A DNA stretch of 34,779 bases from Candidatus Azambacteria bacterium (GCA_016213445.1 JACRAJ010000002.1:1-34779), one strand, 5' to 3'. Counted from the stretch's first letter, positions 8,636 to 18,487 are shown. A program made the numbers and translations. Notes: generated by a model not told the origin, from the letters alone.

Positions 8636-10048
8636 TTAAAAAGGTTTGGTTCGGTTTTGCATGTCTTGATTTTCGGTTTTCGGCCTCATTGTCGGAAAGA
8701 ATATAATTTCTCTTAGGGTATGAGAATCGGTTAAAAGCGCCGATAAACGGTCTATGCCGATGCCGAATCCGGCGCATGGAGGCATGCCGTATTCCAAAGC
8801 TTCCAAAAAATCTTCGTCAAACCGATGCGCCTCTTCATCGCCTTTTCCTCTAAGTTTTTCTTGGTTTTCGAATTTTTCGCGCTGTTCTATCGGATCATTT
8901 AATTCCGTGAACGCCTTGACCAGTTCAAATCCGCCTATAAAAATTTGAAAAGCGTCGGCTTTTGAAGGATTTTTTTCGGAGGATTTGGAAAGCGGTAAAA
9001 GCTCGGCCGGAAAACCGCTTACAAAAGTCGGTTGAATAAGCTTGTGTTTGGCGGCGTCTAAGTCGCCGAACTCTTTTATTAGGTCGTCGTAATTTTTTTC
9101 TTCAAACGGCCGCGAAAAATCAATCGAATTTCCGGCGTAAGTTATGGTTAAGCTGCCGTTGTTTAGTTTTCGCGCCAAAGATCGCAAAAGATTTTCCAAA
9201 AAAATTTTCAAATATGAAGAATTTTTGTATGCAATATAAGCTTCAAGCATCGTGAATTCCGGATTGTGGTGGGAATCCATTCCTTCGTTTCTGAAACAGC
9301 GCCCGATTTCATAAATTTTTTCAAAACCGCCGACGAGAAGCCGTTTGAGATAAAGTTCGGGCGCCACGCGCAAGTATAAGTCCATATCCAAAGCGTTCAG
9401 ATGGGTTTTAAACGGTTTGGCCGCGGCGCCGCCCGGAATCGGCTGAAGCATCGGTGTTTCAAATTCAACAAATCCATTGTTTTCAAGAAAATTTCTCAAT
9501 TCACTTATCAGCCGCGATCGCGTCAAAAAATTTTCTTTTATTTTGGGATTCATTAAAAGATCAAGATATCTTTTGCGATATCTTTCCTCCACATCTTTAA
9601 GGCCGTGCCATTTTTCCGGCAGAGGCCTCAAGGTTTTGGCGGCCATCGCCAATTTTTCAACACGGACGGTTTTTTCTCCTTTTTTGGTTTTAAAAACCAA
9701 GCCTTTGATTTCCGCAAAGTCGCCGATGTCAAAATTAGCCAAAAATTCACTATATGAATTTTTTATTTTTTCATTTTCGGACAAGCTTTTAGGGCTTAGA
9801 AAACACTGGATTTTTCCGCTTTCGTCTTCCAAATCAAAAAATGCCGCTTGGCCGTGGATTCTCATCGATTTTATTCTGCCGGCCAAATTAAATTTTCTTC
9901 CGGCCAGTCGCCAAAGCCAAAATTTATCAAGAACTTCCTTGATGCGGCAATCGCGTTTTACATCGTTTGGATAAGGATTTTTTTTCTCGGCTTTTAGCGA
10001 TTCTAATTTTTTTATTCTGATTTCGCGAAGCTCTTCAATGGTGGGCAT
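8636..10048 (-). CDS. lysS: Lysine--tRNA ligase (class II)
   Basis: LPEKWHGL, RYRKRYLDL, GGAAAKPF, APELYLKRL, FRNEG, YGMPPCAGFGIGIDRL. Confidence 0.97.
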   Translation of the reverse strand: MPTIEELREIRIKKLESLKAEKKNPYPNDVKRDCRIKEVLDKFWLWRLAGRKFNLAGRIKSMRIHGQAAFFDLEDESGKIQCFLSPKSLSENEKIKNSYSEFLANFDIGDFAEIKGLVFKTKKGEKTVRVEKLAMAAKTLRPLPEKWHGLKDVEERYRKRYLDLLMNPKIKENFLTRSRLISELRNFLENNGFVEFETPMLQPIPGGAAAKPFKTHLNALDMDLYLRVAPELYLKRLLVGGFEKIYEIGRCFRNEGMDSHHNPEFTMLEAYIAYKNSSYLKIFLENLLRSLARKLNNGSLTITYAGNSIDFSRPFEEKNYDDLIKEFGDLDAAKHKLIQPTFVSGFPAELLPLSKSSEKNPSKADAFQIFIGGFELVKAFTELNDPIEQREKFENQEKLRGKGDEEAHRFDEDFLEALEYGMPPCAGFGIGIDRLSALLTDSHTLREIIFFPTMRPKTENQDMQNRTKPF

Positions 10049-10059
10049 GGTTCAAATTA

Positions 10060-10089
10060 TCGGCCATAGGCTGATCCGCCTTTGGCGGA
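10060..10089 (-). repeat. 30-nt double-hairpin element, copy B (intergenic, 11 nt upstream of lysS ATG)
   Basis: Minus strand: tccgcc-aaa-ggcgga tcagcc-tat-ggccga. Confidence 0.9.
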
Positions 10090-10130
10090 AAAAATTAAAT
10101 TTTAATCTTAAAAATTAAAATTGTGATTTC

Positions 10131-10595
10131 TTATTTTTCTATTTTGATGATTTTATATTTTACGGCGCCGCCCGGAGTTTTTATTTCGATTTCATTTCCT
10201 ATTTTTTGGCCTAAAAACGCCCGGCCCAAAGGAGATTCATTTGAAATTTTGCCTTCTTGAGGTTTAGCTTCGGCCGAGCCGACGATGCTAAACGCTTCTA
10301 CGCCGCGGTTGGATTTAACTTCGATTGTGGAGCCTATCCTAACAATATTTTCCTCATTTGAAGCTTCGATTACCACCGCGTTTTTCAAAAGATCTTCGAG
10401 TTCGGCGATGCGATTATCGTTGAGTGATTGCGCTTCTTTCGCTTCAAAATATTCGGCGTTTTCGGAAAGATCGCCCAAATCTTTGGCCTCTTGAAGCCGC
10501 TTGGCGATTTCCTGCCGTTTTGTCGTTTTCAATTCATGAAGCTCTTTTTTAAGGGCTTCAATGCCCTCTCGGCTCAAATATGTTTGTTTTGCCAT
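10131..10595 (-). CDS. greA: Transcription elongation factor GreA
   Basis: GDLSENAEY and ISNESPLGRA motifs. Confidence 0.97.
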   Translation of the reverse strand: MAKQTYLSREGIEALKKELHELKTTKRQEIAKRLQEAKDLGDLSENAEYFEAKEAQSLNDNRIAELEDLLKNAVVIEASNEENIVRIGSTIEVKSNRGVEAFSIVGSAEAKPQEGKISNESPLGRAFLGQKIGNEIEIKTPGGAVKYKIIKIEK

Positions 10596-10604
10596 AGATA
10601 AAGT

Positions 10605-12512
10605 TTAGTTTTTACTTTTATGCTCATTAGCATACCAGAGAAAAACTTCTTTGGCAATGGGAACGGCGGCGGCCGAACCTTCGCCCGCGCCTTCAAGCAC
10701 TACGGCAACCGCGATTTTCGGATCTTCATAGGGCGCAAAGCCCGTGAACCAAGCGTTGGTTTTTTTAAAGTTTGAATAAACCTGGGCCGTGCCTGTTTTG
10801 CCGGCGGCTTTTATCGGCAAATCATTTAGAAGACGCACCGAACCTTCGGTAACCGCGTCGCGCAATCCTTCGCGGACTATTTGCAATTTATCATTGCTCA
10901 CCATATTCGTTCTTATCGCTTCCGGTTTAAATTCTTCAATTGTATTATTGTTCGGATCCGTGATTTTGGAAACAAGTTTCGGTTTCCAAAGGGTGCCCCC
11001 GTTGGCTATGGCGGCTATTGCCGATGCCAGCTGAAGCGGCGTGATAATGACATCTCCTTGTCCGATGGAGACATTATAAGTATCGCCGGTGTACCAGTTT
11101 TCTTTTTTTGTCGATTTTTTCCAAGCCGGATCGGGCACCAAACCGTTTGTTTCTCCCGGCAAATCAATGCCCAAAGTCGATCCGAAACCGAAAAGATCCA
11201 GATATTTTTTGATGCGATCAATGCCCAGTCCTTTGATGTTTTTGTAGCCGCCGCCTATTTCATAAAAATAAACGTTTGCCGAAACGGCCAAAGCCCGGCG
11301 CATATCAACGAACCCTTGCGGCCGCCAATCGCGAAAAGTGTATGTTACTTTCGGATTGTATTCATTGGGAACGGAGATATAGCCCAGAGTGTCGTCGATT
11401 TCATAATTCGGGTCGATTGTATTTTCGGCTAAAGCCGCCGCGGCCACGAACGGCTTAATCGTGGATCCCGCCGGATAAAAACCGCCGATAACCCTGTTGA
11501 AAAGCGGCCGATTTTTATTGTTAATCAATTCTTGATAAATATTTTTCGGCATGCCGCCGGTAAAAATATTGTTATCGAAATTCGGCAAACTGATCAGAGA
11601 CAAAATTTTTCCCGACGAAACATCCAAAACAACAGCCGCCGCTCCCGGCGAATTGGTTTGGGCCATTTTGGTTTTTAAAGCGTCGGTTAATAGTTTTTGA
11701 AGATCGCCGTCAATATTCAAAACAAGATTATTTCCCGGCCGGGCTTCTTGCGCCGTTAAAGTTTTTAAAACGCTGTTATCGGATTTCACCGATACGGCTA
11801 TTTTTCCGGGCGTTCCCCTAAGATCTTTTTCATATTGTATTTCAAGCTCATCTTTCCCGATGGAGCTAAGCGATGAATAATACGGGTCGGCTTTAAGATC
11901 GTCGGGAGACACCTTTCCGATATGGCCGATTAAGTGCGAAAAATACGGCCCTTCGGGGTAATCGCGTTTAGCTTCTTGATTGATGAAAAGTCCGGGTAAA
12001 TTCGGCAAATTAGCTTCAAGCGCGACGAGCGTTGCCTCGTCGGGGTCAAAGTCAAATAAAACCGGCATTGTGGAATTTTTGTTTAAACCTTCGGTAAAAT
12101 CGGCGATTTCAGCCGTGTTTTTATTGAGAATTTTGGCTATTTTCCGAATCCAGCCGTCTAAATCTTCTTGTTTTTTCGGCAAGTCGGCCGGAACGATTAA
12201 TAAAGTGAAGTTCGGCGCGTTGGAAGCAAGAACTTTATTGTTGCGGTCATAAATTATGCCGCGCGGCGCCTGGCTGTCGTAAAGTCGCACATTATTTCGG
12301 CTTGCTTTCAGGGCATAGTAATCCCCTTTCCAAATTTGAAGCCAGAATGCCCTTGTTAAAAATCCGGCCAAAATTATTATAGCGGCGACAAAAACAATGA
12401 AAGCCCCCTTTTCTTTGAGCGGAATTTCCAATTGAGCGGTTGCTTTTTTATCCAAAAGAATTTCTTCCAGTTCTATTTCGACGCGGTTTTTTTTGAAAAA
12501 TTTTTTAAACAT
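10605..12512 (-). CDS. mrdA: Penicillin-binding protein 2
   Basis: APRGIIYDRN, GSTIK (SxxK), SAN (SxN), KTGT; in the mre operon. Confidence 0.95.
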   Translation of the reverse strand: MFKKFFKKNRVEIELEEILLDKKATAQLEIPLKEKGAFIVFVAAIIILAGFLTRAFWLQIWKGDYYALKASRNNVRLYDSQAPRGIIYDRNNKVLASNAPNFTLLIVPADLPKKQEDLDGWIRKIAKILNKNTAEIADFTEGLNKNSTMPVLFDFDPDEATLVALEANLPNLPGLFINQEAKRDYPEGPYFSHLIGHIGKVSPDDLKADPYYSSLSSIGKDELEIQYEKDLRGTPGKIAVSVKSDNSVLKTLTAQEARPGNNLVLNIDGDLQKLLTDALKTKMAQTNSPGAAAVVLDVSSGKILSLISLPNFDNNIFTGGMPKNIYQELINNKNRPLFNRVIGGFYPAGSTIKPFVAAAALAENTIDPNYEIDDTLGYISVPNEYNPKVTYTFRDWRPQGFVDMRRALAVSANVYFYEIGGGYKNIKGLGIDRIKKYLDLFGFGSTLGIDLPGETNGLVPDPAWKKSTKKENWYTGDTYNVSIGQGDVIITPLQLASAIAAIANGGTLWKPKLVSKITDPNNNTIEEFKPEAIRTNMVSNDKLQIVREGLRDAVTEGSVRLLNDLPIKAAGKTGTAQVYSNFKKTNAWFTGFAPYEDPKIAVAVVLEGAGEGSAAAVPIAKEVFLWYANEHKSKN

Positions 12513-12513
12513 T

Positions 12514-13017
12514 TTAGATTTTATTTTTGATTTTAAAAATCGCCAGCATTAACAGAGCGGTAAATATCAGTTCCGATAAAAATCCGAGGTTGGCGAAATA
12601 AAATCCGAAATTTTCAAAAACTCCTATTTTAAAAAATGCGAAAATATTTATGGTCGCCCAATTGGTAAAATGATAAAGCGTTACGCCGATTGCGCTTGCG
12701 AAAAGAATAGTTCCTGTTTTCAAATTTAAAAATACGGTTTCGCAAAGAACAATAAAAACGGCGGTGAAAATCAAAAAAACCGCGCCGCTGATTCCAAAAA
12801 TTGAAAAAGAACTTGCGCCGGTTAAAATTCCTCCCAGCCAAGCAAAAAAAAGAGCTTTCGAGTTATTTTTAGTCAGCGCCAAGTACATTGCCGATATTAA
12901 AAAAAGATTCAATTTCAACCATGATGGATTTAAGAAAGAAATTTGAAAACCGGCCAAAAGAATTAAAAAAAACGCGCTGCCGGCAATTAAAAAAAACTTT
13001 TTATGGCTTTTGTTCAT
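12514..13017 (-). CDS. mreD: MreD-like membrane protein
   Basis: 167 aa, about 5 TM helices, located between mreC and mrdA. Confidence 0.65.
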   Translation of the reverse strand: MNKSHKKFFLIAGSAFFLILLAGFQISFLNPSWLKLNLFLISAMYLALTKNNSKALFFAWLGGILTGASSFSIFGISGAVFLIFTAVFIVLCETVFLNLKTGTILFASAIGVTLYHFTNWATINIFAFFKIGVFENFGFYFANLGFLSELIFTALLMLAIFKIKNKI

Positions 13018-13019
13018 TT

Positions 13020-13811
13020 TTATTGAGAGTTCAAGATAACAAATACGCTGTCGAAATCTCGGGGATCGGCCGATAACTCTATATCGGCCGTATTAAAAAC
13101 TTGATTATCTTTTGATTTGGCCTCTTTTATCTTTCCGATCACAAAACCTCGCGGCCAAATGCCGTCAGTTCCCGAAGAAATTATCAATTCCCCCGCTTCG
13201 GGATTTTTATCTTTTGCTATCAAATCGAAAATCGCGTCGGATCCCAATCCGCGAACTAGGCCGGAAATTTTGCTTTTTTCGGCAATGGCGGCTATGCGGC
13301 TTTGAGCGTCCAATATTGTTTGCACTTTGGCGGTATTTGCGCTCGCGTCAATGACGCGGCCGACAATCGTTTCTCCTTTGGAAATTACCGTCATTCCGGC
13401 ATTGATGCCGTCATTTGTTCCTTTGTCGATTAAAAAAGACCGATTATTTTGAAAATCGCGCCCGATGACGCGAGCAAGGCTTGTATTGATGGATTTTTGG
13501 GACAAATTTAATTTCTCCCTAAGAAGGGAATTTTCTTCTTCAAGCTGGGACAGTTTTGCCAATTTTTCGTTAAGATTTAAATTTTCTAAAATCAAGCGGT
13601 TGTTTGATTCCTTGATATTTTTTATGTTAAAGAAAGCGCTCTGCCAAAAGGACAGCCAACTTTTAGGTTTGGCGAAAGCGATCTCAATTGGTTTTAAAAT
13701 TTCATTTACGGATTGTTTTAAAAGTAAAACTGCGCGGCTTTGATTAAAAAAAATAAAAACCAAGCTTGTCAAAAGCAAAATAAAAAATATTGCCAAACTA
13801 TTATTTCTCAT
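13020..13811 (-). CDS. mreC: Rod shape-determining protein MreC
   Basis: N-terminal TM, coiled coil EEENSLLRE, ARVIGRD, IDKG, SSGTDGIWPRG. Confidence 0.95.
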   Translation of the reverse strand: MRNNSLAIFFILLLTSLVFIFFNQSRAVLLLKQSVNEILKPIEIAFAKPKSWLSFWQSAFFNIKNIKESNNRLILENLNLNEKLAKLSQLEEENSLLREKLNLSQKSINTSLARVIGRDFQNNRSFLIDKGTNDGINAGMTVISKGETIVGRVIDASANTAKVQTILDAQSRIAAIAEKSKISGLVRGLGSDAIFDLIAKDKNPEAGELIISSGTDGIWPRGFVIGKIKEAKSKDNQVFNTADIELSADPRDFDSVFVILNSQ

Positions 13812-13820
13812 ATTCCAAGG

Positions 13821-14855
13821 TTAATTGTTGCTTACCAGAATTTCTTTCAGCGATTCAACATCTTCAAGTATGAGTCCGCAGCCGCGCACTACGGCCGTCA
13901 GCGGATCCTCGGCTAATTTAGCGGGGATATCGGTGGCTTTCGCAACCATTTCGGGAAGGCCTCGGAGCAGGCTTCCGCCGCCGGCTAAAACGATGCCTCT
14001 AACCATCAAGTCGCTGATAAGTTCGGGAGGAGTTTCTTCGACGACGGAACGGATTTCCGAAATTATGGCGTCAACCGAAGGCGCTATCGCTTCGCTTATT
14101 TCCAGGTCGCTTATTAAAACTTCTTTCGGCAAGCCGCTTATGAGATCGCGGCCTTTTATCGTTGCGGCCAGCCTTTCCTGTAAAGGCGCCACCGCGCCGA
14201 TGGAAATTTTTATTTCTTCCGCGGTTTTTTCGCCTATTAAAAGCTTAAATTCATCATGAACGTATTGAATAATATCTTCGTTCATTTTTTCTCCGGCAAT
14301 CCGCAAATTGCGAGACACAACGATGCCGCCCAAAGAAACCACTATGATGTCGGTGGTGCCGCCGCCGATATCGACAACCATATTGCCGACAGCTTCGGAA
14401 ATCGGCAATCGGGCTCCGATGGCGGCCGCCATCGGTTCTTCAACAAGATATACTTCTCTCGCGCCGGCATTGCGCACCGCGTCCTCAACGGCGCGCCGTT
14501 CCACTTCGGTTACGCCGGAAGGAATGCCGATAACGACGCGCGGCCTTGTTAAAAAGCGATAAGGGCTCTGATGGACCTTGTTGAAAAAATATCTCAACAT
14601 CTGTTCGGTAATTTCAAAATCGGAAATCACGCCTTCAATAAGCGGCCGAACGGCGATAATATGACCGGGCGTGCGTCCGATCATTTTTTTAGCGGCGTCG
14701 CCGACGCTCAAAACTTGATTGGTTTTTTTGTTAATGGCGACGATTGACGGCTCATTGATGATGATCCCCCGCCCTCTCACATACACCAAAGTATTGGCCG
14801 TGCCAAGGTCGATGCCAATATCTTTTGAAAAAAATTTAAACAAACGCCCCAACAT
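13821..14855 (-). CDS. mreB: Rod shape-determining protein MreB (paralog 1)
   Basis: DIGIDLGTANT, EEPMAAAIGA, DIGGGTT. ATG at 14855 is preferred over the ORF-track TTG at 14882, which lies inside the palindrome. Confidence 0.97.
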   Translation of the reverse strand: MLGRLFKFFSKDIGIDLGTANTLVYVRGRGIIINEPSIVAINKKTNQVLSVGDAAKKMIGRTPGHIIAVRPLIEGVISDFEITEQMLRYFFNKVHQSPYRFLTRPRVVIGIPSGVTEVERRAVEDAVRNAGAREVYLVEEPMAAAIGARLPISEAVGNMVVDIGGGTTDIIVVSLGGIVVSRNLRIAGEKMNEDIIQYVHDEFKLLIGEKTAEEIKISIGAVAPLQERLAATIKGRDLISGLPKEVLISDLEISEAIAPSVDAIISEIRSVVEETPPELISDLMVRGIVLAGGGSLLRGLPEMVAKATDIPAKLAEDPLTAVVRGCGLILEDVESLKEILVSNN

Positions 14856-14865
14856 AAATAGAATT

Positions 14866-16158
14866 TTAGATTTTTCCGCCAAAGGCGGATCCGCCTTTGG
14901 CGGAAAATTTTAAATTTAATAATTCCGAAATTTTTACCAGCTTCGTCTCTTTTTTATTTCTTTGTTTCAATTCAACCGAATCTTTTTCAAGAGTCTTTTG
15001 GCTAACCACCGCGCGCCAAGGAATTCCCAGCAAGTCGGCGTCGGCGAATTTCTCGCCGGCGGTTTTATCGTCGCGGTCATCGTATAATACTTCCATTCCT
15101 TTATCAATGAGTTCTTCGTGGATTTTTTCCGCTTGTTCTTTAACGGAATTTTCTTCCGCTTGCTTGGCGGCGATTTCAACGAGGTGAATCTTGAAAGGCG
15201 CTATTTCTTCCGGCCAGATTATTCCTTTGTCGTCATTATGGATTTCCACGGCGGTTCCCATCAAGCGGCCCAATCCGATGCCGTAAGAACCCATTATCAC
15301 GTATTCTTTTTTACCCTCTGAATTTATAAATTGCAAATTGAAAGCGGAAGAATATTTGGTGTCCAAAGGAAAAAGATTTCCAACTTCGATAGCTTTTTCC
15401 ATTTTAATTTCTCCCCGACATTCGGGGCATTTATCGCCTTCTTCAAGCTTGGAAATTTCCTTGTTTTCCGCGTATCCGCATTTTAAACAAACAAAAATTG
15501 TGTCTTCTCCGACTGGAGTTATCACTTGAAATTCATGGGTATGGCTTGCGGTGAAAACTCCGCCGGCCGCTATGGTGTAAACGGCCTTTAAGCCGCAGCG
15601 GTTGAAAATTTTAAAATAAGCCGCCTTTACTTTTTCATAAAAGTTTTTCAAATCTTCTTCCGAAGAATGGAAGCTGTATAAATCTTTCATTATGAATTCG
15701 CGGCCGCGCAACAGGCCCGATTTTGCCCTCGGCTCATTTCGAAATTTGGTTTGGATTTGATAAGCGGCAAACGGCAAATCTTTATATGAGTTTACGTATC
15801 GGGTGGCAATAGCCGTCAGCACTTCCTCGTGCGTCCAACCCATGACGAAGTTGGCGGTTTTTTCGTTTTTTTCCTTCGCTTCAAAACCAATAGGCACATC
15901 CCAGCGTTTGGTGGCATCCAAATATTTTTTTTCCACAAGCGCCGGCATAAACATTTCTTGTCCGCCGATGGCATTCATTTCTTCGCGGATAATATTGGCG
16001 ATTTTTTCAAGCGTTCTCCAGCCTGAAGGCAGATAAGAATAAACGCCGGCGGAATTTTTATAAACAAAACCGCCCCGTTCCAAAAGCCGGGCGTTGACGC
16101 TCGTTTCATCTTTTGGATTTTCCCGCAAAGTATGTCCGAAAAGTTGTGATTGCTTCAT
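14866..16158 (-). CDS. proS: Proline--tRNA ligase, short form without the INS editing domain
   Basis: MKQSQLF start at 16158, THEE, KFRNEPRAKSGLLRGREF, MGSYGIG, GEKFADADLLGIP. Confidence 0.95.
   Translation of the reverse strand: MKQSQLFGHTLRENPKDETSVNARLLERGGFVYKNSAGVYSYLPSGWRTLEKIANIIREEMNAIGGQEMFMPALVEKKYLDATKRWDVPIGFEAKEKNEKTANFVMGWTHEEVLTAIATRYVNSYKDLPFAAYQIQTKFRNEPRAKSGLLRGREFIMKDLYSFHSSEEDLKNFYEKVKAAYFKIFNRCGLKAVYTIAAGGVFTASHTHEFQVITPVGEDTIFVCLKCGYAENKEISKLEEGDKCPECRGEIKMEKAIEVGNLFPLDTKYSSAFNLQFINSEGKKEYVIMGSYGIGLGRLMGTAVEIHNDDKGIIWPEEIAPFKIHLVEIAAKQAEENSVKEQAEKIHEELIDKGMEVLYDDRDDKTAGEKFADADLLGIPWRAVVSQKTLEKDSVELKQRNKKETKLVKISELLNLKFSAKGGSAFGGKI
14875..14904. repeat. 30-nt double-hairpin element, copy C (in the ProS C-terminus, SAKGGSAFGG)
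   Basis: tccgcc-aaa-ggcgga tccgcc-ttt-ggcgga; with flanks it is a perfect 36-bp palindrome at 14872-14907. Confidence 0.95.
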
Positions 16159-16239
16159 AAAATGTATTAAAATTAAAATGCCCTTTATTCTGAAATATAT
16201 TCTACAACAGATTTTATCATTAGAAAATATTGACAAATA

Positions 16240-16271
16240 AAATAAAAAGCGGCGCGGCTTAAAGCCGCGCC
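16240..16271 (-). terminator. Intrinsic terminator of ORF 16305-16616
   Basis: ggcgcggct-taa-agccgcgcc stem at 16251-16271, followed by a T-tract on the minus strand. Confidence 0.8.
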
Positions 16272-16304
16272 TCTTCGCGTTTAATAATCTCTCGAGATTG
16301 ATTA

Positions 16305-16616
16305 TTAAAACGCCAGATTGACCGGAATTGTGGTCGCATCGACCGACAATCCTAATCCCATCTCGCCCAAACTGAGGGCGATTTCACTCGCAATGCGAGG
16401 ATCATAATTTTTTAGAGGAGTAATGCTTACCCCTCCGTTAGAATTCCGGATCTTGGCGGAGCCAAGTGTTTTTACTTTGCGCAGTTCCCTCATTACACCC
16501 GGAGGGACTTCCGGGAAAACGATTTTAAAAATGTTTTTGTTTCCTTTTTTAAAGGAAACAACTTCTCCGAAATAAACCGTTTTTTCCTTTGTTGAACTTC
16601 TGCGCTTCTTACTCAT
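16305..16616 (-). CDS. Hypothetical protein (103 aa)
   Basis: ATG with AGGGGG SD 6 nt upstream; has its own promoter and terminator; no motif recognised. Confidence 0.7.
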   Translation of the reverse strand: MSKKRRSSTKEKTVYFGEVVSFKKGNKNIFKIVFPEVPPGVMRELRKVKTLGSAKIRNSNGGVSITPLKNYDPRIASEIALSLGEMGLGLSVDATTIPVNLAF

Positions 16617-16742
16617 AAAAAACCCCCTTATTTTTAAGAAGTTTTTACAATAAAAAAGGAATTATTCCCGCCAATTTAAAAACCAAACCTCCTTTCCTTT
16701 GTTTTTTAACCGCTTAAGCGATTTTGTCAAACAACCGAATGA

Positions 16743-16770
16743 ATAATAGCACTATCTGGCAAAATGTCAA
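16743..16770 (-). promoter_or_regulatory. Sigma70-type promoter for ORF 16305-16616
   Basis: TTGACA (16765-16770)-16nt-TATTAT (16743-16748) with TGn extension. Confidence 0.6.
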
Positions 16771-16802
16771 ACGCAATTTAGAAATCAAATTTTCTTTCAG
16801 AA

Positions 16803-17882
16803 TTATTTTAGTCTTAAAATATCCCGATAAGTTATCAGAGCAACAAGAATCAGAAGCAAAATCATCCCGATCGAGTGAATCGCATTTTCGATTTTGGGAT
16901 TTACTTTGCTTCCTTTAATCTTTTCTATGGCTAAAAATAACAGTCGGCCGCCGTCAAGGGCCGGAAAAGGAATAAGGTTTAAAACCGTTAAATTAAGGGA
17001 GATGACGGCCACCAATTGAAGAAGATATATGAAGCCCAATTGGGCGGCCTGGTTGGTTAAGACGGCAATTCCCACGGGGCCGGCCAAACCTTGAGGCGTT
17101 TTTCCCGCGGTAATCAGATTTTTCAATAAATCCCAGAATCCGGCGATTATTTCCCAAGTTAAAATGAAAGTTGATTTTATTCCGAGCCAAAAACTTTGAT
17201 GCCACGGATAAGAAATGAAACCGGTTTTTGCCAAGCCGATTCCCAAAGCGCCTTCTCCTTCGGGAGGATTGATTCTCGGTGTCGCCTTGATTTCAAAATA
17301 GTCTTTGCCGCGCTGAATATTAAATAATATTTCTTTTCCTTTATTGGCGTTAATTGCGTCTTGAAGAACGGATATTTCATTAACGGCAACGGTTTTATCG
17401 CCGATTTTAACGGATTTTATCGCGTCGCCCATTTTTATGCCGGCTTTTTCCGCCGGCGAATTGCCGCTTACGGCTACAATTTGAATCGCCGTATTTTTGG
17501 CTATCGCCTCGTTGTTTTGATCGATAATTTGGGGAAGGCCGATAAAATATCCCGCTATCAGCAAGGACATGGCCAATAAAAAATTCATGGCAACGCCGCT
17601 TACGGTGATTAAGCCGCGGGTTCCGGTTGACTTAGACGAAAAACTTTTGGGATTGCTGGTATCATTGCCGTCTTCGCCTAAAATTTTAACGAAACCTCCC
17701 AACGGCAAAAGATTAACTGAATAAACGGTTTCGCCTTTTTTTATGCCGAAAATTCGCGGCGGAAAACCGAAGCCGAATTCTTCCACCGTCAATCCGCTTT
17801 TTTTGGCGGCGATGAAGTGGCCGAATTCATGGGCTAAAATCAAAACCGCCAAAACTAAAATGAAAATTATTGCCGTTATCAT
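16803..17882 (-). CDS. rseP: RIP metalloprotease RseP (M50 with PDZ)
   Basis: HEFGH, NLLPLGGFV, PDZ SPAEKAGI, NLIPFPALDGG. Confidence 0.95.
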   Translation of the reverse strand: MITAIIFILVLAVLILAHEFGHFIAAKKSGLTVEEFGFGFPPRIFGIKKGETVYSVNLLPLGGFVKILGEDGNDTSNPKSFSSKSTGTRGLITVSGVAMNFLLAMSLLIAGYFIGLPQIIDQNNEAIAKNTAIQIVAVSGNSPAEKAGIKMGDAIKSVKIGDKTVAVNEISVLQDAINANKGKEILFNIQRGKDYFEIKATPRINPPEGEGALGIGLAKTGFISYPWHQSFWLGIKSTFILTWEIIAGFWDLLKNLITAGKTPQGLAGPVGIAVLTNQAAQLGFIYLLQLVAVISLNLTVLNLIPFPALDGGRLLFLAIEKIKGSKVNPKIENAIHSIGMILLLILVALITYRDILRLK

Positions 17883-18430
17883 CCCTCTTTAATTTCTTTT
17901 TCTTTTAATTTGGCTATGTTTTCCAAACTGCTATTCGCCGCATTTATCAATTCCTGGATTTTTTCTTTAAGTTTGAATTTTTCGTCCTCGGTAATTTTTT
18001 TGCCGTCAAATAAAGCGCTAGTTTCTTTTACGGCTTCGTCGCGCGCCGCGCGGCATTTTACTTTGGCTTCTTCAAGTTTGGCGTTTACGATTTTAACGAG
18101 AGAATTTCGCCGTTCTTCGGTTAACGGCGGAATGCTTATTCTGATAAGATTTTTATCAACAATCGGATTCAAACCGAGATTAGACGCATGTATGGCTTTT
18201 TCAATTTCGGCAATTGCGCTTCTATCCCAAGGTTCGATGACCAATAATCTGGGTTCCGGCGCCGAAATTGAAGCCAGTTGTTTCAACGGAGTTTTGGCGC
18301 CGTAGTAATCAACCGAAATGTTTTCCACGAGCGCCGGCGTGGCGCGGCCGACTCTTAAGGCTGAAAATTCTTCCTTTAAAAATTTCTCGATATTTTTTAA
18401 TTTGTTTTTTAAATTTTCCAATGTTTCCAT
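17879..18430 (-). CDS. frr: Ribosome recycling factor
   Basis: LRVGRATPALVE, YYGAKTPL, IPPLTEERR. Confidence 0.96.
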   Translation of the reverse strand: METLENLKNKLKNIEKFLKEEFSALRVGRATPALVENISVDYYGAKTPLKQLASISAPEPRLLVIEPWDRSAIAEIEKAIHASNLGLNPIVDKNLIRISIPPLTEERRNSLVKIVNAKLEEAKVKCRAARDEAVKETSALFDGKKITEDEKFKLKEKIQELINAANSSLENIAKLKEKEIKEG

Positions 18431-18456
18431 ATGTTAAACGCAAAAAATCACAAACG

Positions 18457-18487
18457 GAAATTATAGATGTCCGACATCTATAATTTC
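18457..18487. repeat. Perfect palindrome of the TCCGAC-core family overlapping the holB-like stop codon
   Basis: gaaattatagatgtc-c-gacatctataatttc (15-bp arms). Confidence 0.85.

Noticed and set aside
10090-10125. AT-rich quasi-heptamer runs (also near 19230-19250 and 28401-28430)
   Set aside because: Too degenerate to separate from AT-rich spacer background by eye
14856-14882. N-terminal extension of MreB (MAEKSKILF)
   Set aside because: The TTG start lies within the palindrome and overlaps proS; ATG 14855 gives a normal MreB
16159-16236. N-terminal extension of ProS
   Set aside because: AT-rich promoter region; MKQSQLF at 16158 is a typical ProS start
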